This document shows, one piece after another, positions 7,553 through 15,301 of a stretch of 41,302 nucleotides of DNA. The notes under the pieces are model-generated. The model was not told the DNA's origin, searched no databases, and worked only from the letters and a program-made list of their open reading frames with translations. This stretch comes from a virus. Taxonomy: Duplodnaviria > Caudoviricetes. The position numbers and the translations under genes are program-made. The stretch spans positions 1 to 41,302 of the IMG/VR virus record IMGVR_UViG_3300035562_000122. One strand, written 5' to 3'. Position 1 is the first letter of the stretch. The number at the start of each line of letters is the position of its first letter.

Positions 7553-8416
7553 ATGGCACGATCCAGAAACATCAAACCCGGCTTTTTCACCAATGATGAA
7601 CTGGCCGAATGCTCTCCATATGCACGCCTGCTTTTCGCCGGGCTGTGGACTATTGCTGACAAAGAGGGGCGATTAGACGACCGCCCAAAAAAGGTTAAAG
7701 CAATGGTTCTCCCGTTCGATGACGTTGACTGCAACGATCTCCTTCAGCAGCTGCATAACCATAAATTCATCGATCGCTACCAGGTGAATAATGAGCAATA
7801 CATCCAGATCAATAACTGGAAGAAGCACCAGAACCCTCACTGCAAAGAAGCTGCTAGTGAGATACCAAAACCAGTCGAAAACAATGACAGCACCGGACAA
7901 GAACAGTGCAAGAACGAGAATGACGAAGACAGTAAGGATGCCAAATCGCCTCAAGTCATTGAAAAGAATGAGGCACCAGATGAGCACAGTGCAAGCATGG
8001 TGCAAGAACCAGTTGAGAACAATTTAAATCCTGCTGATTCCTTTAACCTGATTCCTGATTCCCTCACTCTGATTCCTGATTCCTTGGATAACACCCAAGC
8101 CGCTGACGCGACTTGCGACGGAGGAGAGGCTGATGTCCATGAAATTTCTAGCCGTTATGCGTTCGAAGGCCAGATCGTCAGACTGAACCACAAGGACCAC
8201 CAGGCGTGGCTGAAGCTCTATCCGCTGATTGACCTGAACTACGAACTTCAGAAGTTGGATATCGAGTTCACGCATGAGAAGCCGAAGAACTGGTTTATTA
8301 CTGCAAGCCAAAAGTTGAGCTATCAGAACAAGCAAGCTGCCGGCCGATCCAAGACAACAAATCGTCCTGAGCTTGATTACAACAACACTGACTGGGCCTA
8401 TGGGGTGATGCGATGA
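7553..8416 (+). CDS. Replication initiator (O-position protein)
   Basis: MARSRNIKPGFF...GLWTIADKEGRL N-terminal initiator domain, internal iterons, and a lambda-O-like C-terminal tail (LDYNNTDWAYGV); overlaps P. Confidence 0.85.
   Translation: MARSRNIKPGFFTNDELAECSPYARLLFAGLWTIADKEGRLDDRPKKVKAMVLPFDDVDCNDLLQQLHNHKFIDRYQVNNEQYIQINNWKKHQNPHCKEAASEIPKPVENNDSTGQEQCKNENDEDSKDAKSPQVIEKNEAPDEHSASMVQEPVENNLNPADSFNLIPDSLTLIPDSLDNTQAADATCDGGEADVHEISSRYAFEGQIVRLNHKDHQAWLKLYPLIDLNYELQKLDIEFTHEKPKNWFITASQKLSYQNKQAAGRSKTTNRPELDYNNTDWAYGVMR
7890..8082 (+). repeat. Putative replication origin: 11-bp iterons plus CTGATTC heptamer array
   Basis: 11-mers GCACCGGACAA and GAACAGTGCAA (7890-7911), then GCACCAGATGA, GCACAGTGCAA, GCATGGTGCAA, GAACCAGTTGA and GAACAATTTAA (7973-8027). 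CTGATTC occurs five times in 7-bp register at 8034-8082. Confidence 0.7.
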
Positions 8417-9102
8417 AATCTCTTGCAGAGCAGATGCACGATTTTGACCGGGAGCAAATGCGCCGAATCGCCCATAACCTGCCTGAGCAGTACCAGGAGC
8501 GAGCGCCGGTCGAGCAGGTAGCGCAGGTATTCAACGGGTTGTTCAACCAGCTGCGCGCCGCGTTCCCGGCCAGCATGGCGAACTTTCGCACCCAGGACGA
8601 CCTGAACGAATTCCGCCGTCAGTGGATGCTGGCGTTTCAGGAAAACGGGATCCACTCGATGGCCCAGGTCGATGCAGGCATGCGCATTGCCCGCCGACAG
8701 GAGCGCCCATTCCTCCCATCGCCGGGTCAGTTCGTCGCCTGGTGCAAGCAGAGTGGCGGGGTGCTGGGTATCACCGTTGAACAAGTGATCGCCGAATACT
8801 GGGACTGGCGTAAACGTGCCTTTGAGTTTTTATCCAGCGAGCAATTCCCCTGGTCGCAGCCGGTCATGTACCACATCTGCGTTGAACTGCGCCACCGCAG
8901 CACAGAGCGCCAGTTAACGCATGGTGAACTTGAACGCGAAGCGGACGACCTCCTGGATATGTGGGAAAAGCGAGTCACTGAGGGTAAACCAGTTCCGCCG
9001 GTGCGCCGGGCAATTGCAGCACCAACTGCTGAACAGGGCCCGACGCCGATCCAACTGCTTCAGGCGAAGTACAACCGCAACAAGTCGAACGGGATGGTGT
9101 GA
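8413..9102 (+). CDS. P: Replication protein P (DnaB helicase loader)
   Basis: FDREQMRRIA, RRQWMLAFQENGI and RPFLPSPGQFVAWC match lambda P. Confidence 0.92.
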   Translation: MKSLAEQMHDFDREQMRRIAHNLPEQYQERAPVEQVAQVFNGLFNQLRAAFPASMANFRTQDDLNEFRRQWMLAFQENGIHSMAQVDAGMRIARRQERPFLPSPGQFVAWCKQSGGVLGITVEQVIAEYWDWRKRAFEFLSSEQFPWSQPVMYHICVELRHRSTERQLTHGELEREADDLLDMWEKRVTEGKPVPPVRRAIAAPTAEQGPTPIQLLQAKYNRNKSNGMV

Positions 9103-9103
9103 G

Positions 9104-9679
9104 ATGGACAGCTTAAAACAACGCATCGTTGATTACGTGAAAACAAACCAGCCGGTGCTGCGCGTGAAACTTGCCGTTGCCATGGGCATTACGCTCCGGG
9201 CACTCGACCGCGAGACAACGGTGCTTAAAGAGCATGGGTATCTCTTCAGCAAAGCCGGGTTCGGTTACTTCACCAGCGCAGAGGATTACGACGAGTGGCG
9301 CACAGGACCTGGTGCTGAACAACTCAGCATTCGCGGTTCAAAGGGCGGCTATTCCAGCGCAGCTATCCGCTACGGCAATAACCAGACCTACGCAGCGCGG
9401 ATCGCCATTCTGCTGGATGACGGCCGGGAAATGTCCGCGGCTGACATCGCCGACGAGCTGGGCGTGCCGTACCACAAAATCTCGACGGCCATCACCAACA
9501 TGGTGAACACCGAGGAGCTGAAACATACCGGCGCCGTTGGCCACCGCGTGTACTCACTCGGAAAAGCGAAGAAGCGTGCTCGTCGCCGCGCTGAATCAGT
9601 GAATGTTATCTGTCAGGAATGTCGCCGAAGCGCAGCTATGCAGCGCGTACTGGCTTTCTACGGGATGGTAGGAGCATGA
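9104..9679 (+). CDS. Hypothetical protein with two putative HTH regions
   Basis: ATG 9104 follows the P stop; wHTH-like MSAADIADELGVPYHKISTAI and C-terminal NVICQECRRS motif. Confidence 0.7.
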   Translation: MDSLKQRIVDYVKTNQPVLRVKLAVAMGITLRALDRETTVLKEHGYLFSKAGFGYFTSAEDYDEWRTGPGAEQLSIRGSKGGYSSAAIRYGNNQTYAARIAILLDDGREMSAADIADELGVPYHKISTAITNMVNTEELKHTGAVGHRVYSLGKAKKRARRRAESVNVICQECRRSAAMQRVLAFYGMVGA

Positions 9680-10158
9680 AATCAACATACGAAGAACTGG
9701 AAGCCAGATGCACGGCGCTGGCGGCGGAGAATGCGTATCTGCTTAACGGCGCATCTCGTGAGCTAAATACTTCATGGATGTTCCACAAAACGATGCTTGG
9801 TGCTCAGGCTGCTCTGGTATGTCTTTCCCATGGATATCAGGCTTCAGCTCGTGAATGGCTGGAAGGTACCACCGACGAAGCAGGGGCTGAAATACCTGAT
9901 GATATTTCCGTTGGTGAACTACATGAATGGTTCGAAAGCAATATGGTCAGCAATAGCGGGAATAGTGGATTTCTTACCAGAAAAGAGGCCGAAGTGGCTA
10001 TCAGGAAGGAATGCCCATCCACCGACGCTTTCCTGGCTGAAGTGCGGGCGCAGGGTGTGGAAGCGTTCGCCAATAGTCTGAAGGTTGCCGGTGGCGGTGA
10101 GCATCCATATTCACTTGTGGCCAACGAGTTCGCCGCACAGCTTCGCAAAGGAGTGTAG
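9676..10158 (+). CDS. Ea/Ead-region hypothetical protein
   Basis: LEARCTALAAEN and TDAFLAEVRAQGVE...FAAQLRKG modules typical of lambdoid Ea proteins; GGAG SD. Confidence 0.75.
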   Translation: MKSTYEELEARCTALAAENAYLLNGASRELNTSWMFHKTMLGAQAALVCLSHGYQASAREWLEGTTDEAGAEIPDDISVGELHEWFESNMVSNSGNSGFLTRKEAEVAIRKECPSTDAFLAEVRAQGVEAFANSLKVAGGGEHPYSLVANEFAAQLRKGV

Positions 10159-10160
10159 TC

Positions 10161-10808
10161 ATGAGCGATAGATTTTACATGCTGTGCACTCGCGAAACTG
10201 TGGGTAATAACGCGTCATTCCACTGCCACAACGGCAATGGGTATAGCTCCAATATCGACAGCGCCCACGTATACACGCGTGAAGAAGCTCAAAGAAGCTG
10301 GGAATTGGGTAGAGAGATTGATCAACCAGTTTGTGCTGACAGCGTTGATTCAATGGCTGTATGGCATGTCGATTGTCAGTACATACCTACCGAAAGCGTT
10401 ATTGAACCTGGCTGCGAGGATTATGTGGCCTACAAAAAAGGTAGTTGGAACGGTAACGATGTGTACTGGCTGCAACATGGTGGGCTTCCAACTGACGACT
10501 TCAGTAAGGCGTTCGTTTTTGTTTCCGCTAACACGGCAGAGCCTGGGATTGTATGGATTCCTTTTGCCTTGGCAGAAAAGGCTAAGCGTCGCACGTTCAG
10601 CATCAATGAGTTTAACCGACGCACCATGGTGCAGTCAGCTGGGCTGGTAATGCCTGATTGGCTGAAGAAGCACAACCGGAAAAAGTCACGTAGTGGAAAG
10701 GTTCGCTGGAATTGCCCTTGCTGCGGAAAGATTATCTGGCAGTTAAACCCATACGATTTTGATGGCTGTAGTGATTTTTCCTGTGAAGGCTGGAGGGCTG
10801 ACCAATGA
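10161..10808 (+). CDS. Conserved phage hypothetical protein with C-terminal Cys cluster
   Basis: 215-aa ORF with AGGAG SD; CPCC...C..C C-terminus. Confidence 0.75.
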   Translation: MSDRFYMLCTRETVGNNASFHCHNGNGYSSNIDSAHVYTREEAQRSWELGREIDQPVCADSVDSMAVWHVDCQYIPTESVIEPGCEDYVAYKKGSWNGNDVYWLQHGGLPTDDFSKAFVFVSANTAEPGIVWIPFALAEKAKRRTFSINEFNRRTMVQSAGLVMPDWLKKHNRKKSRSGKVRWNCPCCGKIIWQLNPYDFDGCSDFSCEGWRADQ

Positions 10809-11941
10809 GCAACATCGACAAACAGGATAATCGAGAAAATTTCGAAGCATGGGCGGAACAGGTTGGAGCACTACCGTGGGGACATCTAAAAAAACAACGC
10901 ACTGCTAGCGGTAATTACTCCGTTCAGATTTACACCTACATGTGGAATGCCTGGAATGCCTGCACGGAGGCGCTGCTGGATGAGCTGGAAGCCGCAGAGA
11001 AGCGCATAGCAGAACTGGAACAGCAGCTTATTAAGCCACTGCCAATTGGTGAGCTATTGCAACGGCTGGAGAATCAGACCGGTGAGCCGTGGGGTGAGAG
11101 GTATTTGGCATTTTCTGGCATGCAGCAGGATCCCGTCGCTTGGCGCTATCGCCATCATAACGGGTTAGCTCCAAGCCTCTGGAAATATGTTGATAGTGAG
11201 TCGGAATGCAACGCCGCGCCAAATTATCGGCGTCAGCCGCTCTATACCACCCCGCCAACGCCGGTAGTGCCGGATGAGATGTCCCCCAAACAGGCCTCTC
11301 GCTCATATGGTGGTGAGGTGCATGGTTATCGCGACGGCTGGAACGCCTGCCGCGCCGCCATGCTTAAGGTTGGCACCTTCACCAATGAGGGTACCACTAA
11401 TGCCGCTTATGGCATGCAAAAACCAGCATATGCAGATATTGACATGCTGGCTAAGGCGTTCAAAAACGCACCATTAGCCCCATCGGATAATCAGGGGGTG
11501 AAGTTAGCTGGCACCACGATTCATGGTGCCGAATCTGTAAGTAGTTGTGATGAGTTGCCGCTGGACTATCTTCAGGGCCACAAAGACGGATTGGAGTGGG
11601 CTGCACAGTTGGCAGAGGCCAATCATCCGCAAACTGGTGACTGGCTTTACGATGACCCAATCGAGCTCGCCAAGGCTATTCGTAAAGGTCCGGATATGCC
11701 TGCTGTTGAGGCTGGCAACTCTCCGGTGATTCCGGATGGATGGGTGATGGTTCCGGTAGTACCGACAGAACACATGGTCGTTGAAGGTTTTGAGTCTGAA
11801 CCAGACGAGTTTTTTAGCGATGCAGAAGTGTGGGAGGCCTACGACGCAATGAGCGGGTGTCAGCAGGCGGCGCACAGGGCTAAATTGTGCTGGGCGGCGA
11901 TGATTGCAGCGGTACCAAAGAAAAATGCAAACAGTGTGTAA
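10805..11941 (+). CDS. Mosaic Ead/Ea22/Eaa-like protein
   Basis: MSNIDKQ start plus LLDELEAAEKRIAELE, PVAW..PLY..PP.PVVP, GWNACRAAML and GNSPVIPDGW modules. Confidence 0.8.
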   Translation: MSNIDKQDNRENFEAWAEQVGALPWGHLKKQRTASGNYSVQIYTYMWNAWNACTEALLDELEAAEKRIAELEQQLIKPLPIGELLQRLENQTGEPWGERYLAFSGMQQDPVAWRYRHHNGLAPSLWKYVDSESECNAAPNYRRQPLYTTPPTPVVPDEMSPKQASRSYGGEVHGYRDGWNACRAAMLKVGTFTNEGTTNAAYGMQKPAYADIDMLAKAFKNAPLAPSDNQGVKLAGTTIHGAESVSSCDELPLDYLQGHKDGLEWAAQLAEANHPQTGDWLYDDPIELAKAIRKGPDMPAVEAGNSPVIPDGWVMVPVVPTEHMVVEGFESEPDEFFSDAEVWEAYDAMSGCQQAAHRAKLCWAAMIAAVPKKNANSV

Positions 11942-11942
11942 T

Positions 11943-11971
11943 TTGATTATCAATAATCAGTAAGCCATAAT
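11943..11971 (+). promoter_or_regulatory. Internal sigma70 promoter upstream of the nin genes
   Basis: TTGATT-17-CATAAT; a TGATTA-N4-TAATCA dyad overlaps the -35. Confidence 0.6.
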
Positions 11972-12031
11972 CATCATGTCGCAGGCCTGAACAACCTGCG
12001 GCATGCATCTGGCGCTTGAAGGGGACTTCAA

Positions 12032-12133
12032 GTGCAAAAGACAATCAGAACACCATATCACCTGTCACTGACGTCGCCCGGCGCCAGCGATTTTCTGCAT
12101 CCAGCGTTTTATCTCTCCGGAGGTGAAGCGTGA
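12032..12133 (+). CDS. 33-aa leader ORF (YlcH-like) coupled to ninB
   Basis: GTG start, MQKTIRTPYHLSLTSPGASDFLHPAFYLSGGEA; GTGA overlap with ybcN; AAGGGGA SD in a hairpin loop. Confidence 0.55.
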   Translation: MQKTIRTPYHLSLTSPGASDFLHPAFYLSGGEA

Positions 12134-12585
12134 ACCTTCCTCAAGACGGTATCAAGCTCCACCGCGGTAACTTCGCTGCCATCAGCCAGCAGATTCAGCC
12201 ATTGCTCGATGATGGCCAGTGCTTCCGACTGGTGGTAAAACCATGGCGCGAGAAGCGAAGCCTGTCACAGAACTCGCTCAGCCACATGTGGTACGGCGAA
12301 ATCAGCGAATATCTTATTGCCCGCGGAAAAGCATTCGCTACCCCTGAGTGGGCGAAAGATGCGATGAAGCACACCTATCTCGGTTACGAAAGCAAAGACA
12401 TGGTGGACGTCGTTACCGGAGAGGTCACCACCGTACAATCCCTCCGCCATACCTCCGATCTGGAAACAGGCGACATGTACATTTTCCTGTGCAAAGTCGA
12501 AGCCTGGGCGATGAATATCGGCTGCCACCTCACCATTCCGCAGAGTTGCGAGTACCAGCTGCTGCGCGATAAGCAGGAGGCTTAA
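12130..12585 (+). CDS. ybcN: NinB/YbcN-family recombination protein
   Basis: DGIKLHRGNF...KPWREKRSLSQN...SLRHTSDL, very close to DLP12 YbcN. Confidence 0.9.
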   Translation: MNLPQDGIKLHRGNFAAISQQIQPLLDDGQCFRLVVKPWREKRSLSQNSLSHMWYGEISEYLIARGKAFATPEWAKDAMKHTYLGYESKDMVDVVTGEVTTVQSLRHTSDLETGDMYIFLCKVEAWAMNIGCHLTIPQSCEYQLLRDKQEA

Positions 12586-12755
12586 TGGCTAACCTCATTA
12601 ATCGTGTCATGAACGGTCACATCTACAAGGTACCGTCCCGCCGCCAACGCAAGCCGGAGCCAAACCCTTCAGAGATCCCAACACTTCTCGGCTACACCGC
12701 CGGACTCGTCGATAAGAAATGGCTGCGTCTCGCGGCACGGAGGAAACGTGGCTAA
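12585..12755 (+). CDS. ninE: NinE-family protein (56 aa)
   Basis: Manual translation MANLINRVMNGHIYKVPSRRQRKPEPNPSEIPTLLGYTAGLVDKKWLRLAARRKRG matches DLP12 NinE. Confidence 0.85.
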   Translation: MANLINRVMNGHIYKVPSRRQRKPEPNPSEIPTLLGYTAGLVDKKWLRLAARRKRG

Positions 12756-13353
12756 ATTACCGCGCCGCAAGTGCAAGGTATGCCGGGAATGGTTTCACCC
12801 GGCTTATAGCAATGTCGTCTGGTGCTGCCCTGAGCATGGCGCCATTTACGCGATTGAGTTACGCACCAAAGAGAAGCTGAAGGCTGTAGCCAAGAGCATC
12901 AAGGAGCAGGAAGAGGCCGAGAAGAAAGGTCGCCAGCGTCGTGCAGATCGTCGTAATGAGCTGAAGCCGATCCGTCACTGGGTGCAGATGACTCAGCGCT
13001 CCTTCAATGACTGGCGGCGCGAAATGCTGCTGGCTGCCGGTCATGGCTGCATTTCCTGCGGAACCAAGACCGCTTTTGCATGGCATGCCGGACATTACCG
13101 CACCACGGCCGCCGCGCCACAGCTTCGCTTTAACCCGGACAATATCTGGCTCCAGTGCTCCGCCTGCAACGTTCACAAATCCGGGAACATCGAGGCGTAC
13201 CGCGCCGCGCTGGTCGAGCTGATCGGAGAAGCGCGTGTGCTGGTGCTGGAATCCAACAATGAAACCCACCGATACACCCGTGCAGAGCTGGACGGCATCC
13301 GCGCCAAGGCCCGGGCAGACCTTCGCGCGCTCAAACAGCAGGAGGCAGAATGA
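12748..13353 (+). CDS. ninG: NinG/Rap recombination endonuclease
   Basis: RRKCKVC..WCCPEHG, CISCG, HAGHYR and LRFNPDNIWLQCSACNVHKSGN. Confidence 0.9.
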   Translation: MAKLPRRKCKVCREWFHPAYSNVVWCCPEHGAIYAIELRTKEKLKAVAKSIKEQEEAEKKGRQRRADRRNELKPIRHWVQMTQRSFNDWRREMLLAAGHGCISCGTKTAFAWHAGHYRTTAAAPQLRFNPDNIWLQCSACNVHKSGNIEAYRAALVELIGEARVLVLESNNETHRYTRAELDGIRAKARADLRALKQQEAE

Positions 13354-13490
13354 AGCCAGAGCTTATCGAATCACTCCGTATGCGCTGGCAACGCCTCCGC
13401 ATTTACCGCCGTCCTGGTTCAGTAGTCACCGACTATCGGATCCTTCGTAACTTCGCCCGCATTTATCTCAAAGCAGGAGCCGCACAATGA
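13350..13490 (+). CDS. ylcG: YlcG-family small protein (46 aa)
   Basis: Manual translation MKPELIESLRMRWQRLRIYRRPGSVVTDYRILRNFARIYLKAGAAQ; ATGA overlaps on both sides. Confidence 0.75.
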   Translation: MKPELIESLRMRWQRLRIYRRPGSVVTDYRILRNFARIYLKAGAAQ

Positions 13491-14167
13491 ACAATCAGCA
13501 CCTCGAGTACGTACGTCAGCAGCTCATTGTGGCGACCGCAGATCTGAGCGGGGCGACGAAAGGGCAACTGGTAGCTTTCGCTGAGAACGCGCAATTCACC
13601 GCGACTGCGCGTAGCCGGGGACGGAAGAAAATCACCGACCCGGTCACCGGCAGGAGAGTTAACCCGGACGGCCCGGCGATGAGCGGCAACCAGTCACGCG
13701 CTAAGGGTTCATCTATCGCACTGGTCAGCCCAGTCGAGTACGGTACCGCATCCTGGCGCCGCGCTGTCCTGTCACTGGAAGAACACCAGAAGGCATGGCT
13801 GCTTTGGAACTACAGCGAGAATATCCGCTTTGAATACCAGGTGGCGATCACTCAGTGGGCATGGGCTGAGTTCCGTGAGCACCTCGGCGCGAAGAAGGTG
13901 GCCGGCAAGACGATGGAGCGCCTGAAGAAGCTTATCTGGCTTGCGGCGCAGGATGTACGAAAAGGCATTCACGGCGAAGAGCAGTACACAGGCATTGAGA
14001 TGGCTGAGCTAACTGGCATGGATGAGAAAAACTGGTACAAGACCTATGGCGGACATTGGGAGGCAATGAAAGTCATATTCAGTGGTCTTGATAGCGACGC
14101 ATTATTCACTGTTACGCGATCACGTTCACAACAAAAGGCAGCTAATTACAACCAATGTCTTGCATAA
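13487..14167 (+). CDS. Q: Late antiterminator Q (phage 82-type)
   Basis: LEYVRQQLIVATADLSGATKGQL, SWRRAV and LKKLIWLAAQDV; followed by PR'/tR'. Confidence 0.9.
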   Translation: MNNQHLEYVRQQLIVATADLSGATKGQLVAFAENAQFTATARSRGRKKITDPVTGRRVNPDGPAMSGNQSRAKGSSIALVSPVEYGTASWRRAVLSLEEHQKAWLLWNYSENIRFEYQVAITQWAWAEFREHLGAKKVAGKTMERLKKLIWLAAQDVRKGIHGEEQYTGIEMAELTGMDEKNWYKTYGGHWEAMKVIFSGLDSDALFTVTRSRSQQKAANYNQCLA

Positions 14168-14188
14168 GTAGAATAAAAGGCCTATATT
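14160..14188 (+). promoter_or_regulatory. Late promoter PR'
   Basis: TTGCAT-17-TATATT overlapping the end of Q. Confidence 0.75.
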
Positions 14189-14241
14189 TCATGTAAATCT
14201 GATATCGTCGCCATAGCTTCGTAGGTCGACAAAGAATTAAG

Positions 14242-14266
14242 AGCCTCGCATCGTGCGGGGCTTTTT
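14242..14266 (+). terminator. tR' intrinsic terminator
   Basis: AGCCTCGCA-TCG-TGCGGGGCT followed by a T-run. Confidence 0.85.
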
Positions 14267-14273
14267 CGTTTCA

Positions 14274-14348
14274 GGGTCAGAAGCACAGCGGTTGTGCGTT
14301 CGGCTGTTAACCGAATGGTCGAAGGTTCGAATCCTTCCTGTCCCGCCA
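14274..14348 (+). tRNA. tRNA-Asn (GTT)
   Basis: Cloverleaf: GGGTCAG/CTGTCCC acceptor (one T-T mismatch), GCAC/GTGC D-arm, TTCGG-CTGTTAA-CCGAA anticodon arm, GAAGG-TTCGAAT-CCTTC T-arm, G73 and encoded CCA. Confidence 0.9.
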
Positions 14349-14403
14349 AACCCCAGCCAGGGTATCTACGGCCAAAGAGCCGACATTGCTTTACCCTCAT
14401 ATT

Positions 14404-14426
14404 CCCGGCCTGTCGCCGGGTTTTTT
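14404..14426 (+). terminator. Intrinsic terminator between tRNA and holin
   Basis: CCCGGC-CTGTC-GCCGGG-TTTTTT. Confidence 0.8.
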
Positions 14427-14532
14427 ATTTCAGGCCCCGGGAATCATCATCGACATGCCTCGTTGTTAAATCCAGCCCGAGGGCCTGACCCTACAACACA
14501 CAGCTCCCGCTTCTACTGCGAGGAGAGAGACT

Positions 14533-14874
14533 ATGAAAATGCCTAACACTCCACATGGATGGGCAGATATCAGCGAGATCCTGGCGTCATGGTGGCGCGG
14601 TGACGTGCCTATCGGTGGCGTCATTATGGCAATCGTGATGGCTGTCCTACGAATGGCTTATTCCGGAAGCAGCTGGAAAGAAACGTTTTTTGAAGGATTG
14701 ATGTGCGGCGCTCTGGCGCTAACAACATACTCCGCTCTCGATTATTTCGACGTGCCGAAAGCGCTCACCGTTGGCATTGGTGGGTTTATCGGGTTCGTCG
14801 GCGTGAAAAAACTCAGCTCTTTTTTATCCGGGTATGTCGGAAACCGTTTCGGTGGTGGAAATGCAAACAAGTAA
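14533..14874 (+). CDS. S: Lambda-family holin with Met-Lys-Met dual start
   Basis: MKM start, three hydrophobic segments, GGFIGFVGV motif; directly before the endolysin. Confidence 0.88.
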   Translation: MKMPNTPHGWADISEILASWWRGDVPIGGVIMAIVMAVLRMAYSGSSWKETFFEGLMCGALALTTYSALDYFDVPKALTVGIGGFIGFVGVKKLSSFLSGYVGNRFGGGNANK

Positions 14875-15301
14875 TAACGGCATTACGTTGATTAAAAATT
14901 TCGAAGGCTGCAAGTTGACTGCCTACCAGGACAGCGTCGGTGTATGGACGATCGGATACGGCTGGACTCAGCCTGTCGACGGCAAACCGATTCGCGCCGG
15001 GATGACGATTAAGCAGGAAACAGCAGAACGTTTACTGAAGACCGGGCTGGTCAGCTATGAAAATGACGTGGCAAAGCTGGTCAAGGTTGACCTGAATCAG
15101 GGCCAGTTCGACGCGCTGGTGTCGTTCACGTATAACCTCGGTGCGCGGTCGCTATCTACCTCTACCCTGCTGCGTAAACTTAATGCCGGTGACTATGCTG
15201 GTGCTGCCGATGAGTTCCTGCGCTGGAATAAAGCTGGTGGCGAAGTCCTGAAGGGGCTCACCCGTCGGCGTGAGGCGGAGCGCGCTCTGTTCCTGTCGTG
15301 A
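14861..15301 (+). CDS. Endolysin, GH24 lysozyme
   Basis: FEGCKLTAYQDSVGVWTIGYG (E-X8-D-X5-T) and GLTRRREAERALF; no SAR domain. Confidence 0.95.
   Translation: MQTSNNGITLIKNFEGCKLTAYQDSVGVWTIGYGWTQPVDGKPIRAGMTIKQETAERLLKTGLVSYENDVAKLVKVDLNQGQFDALVSFTYNLGARSLSTSTLLRKLNAGDYAGAADEFLRWNKAGGEVLKGLTRRREAERALFLS

Noticed and set aside
7890-8082. Repeats as a CRISPR array or VNTR
   Set aside because: Units are 7-11 bp with no unique spacers and lie inside the initiator gene; they fit origin iterons.
14350-14400. Second tRNA after tRNA-Asn
   Set aside because: Only AGGGTA/TACCCT and CGGC/GCCG stems; no T-loop, anticodon arm or CCA.
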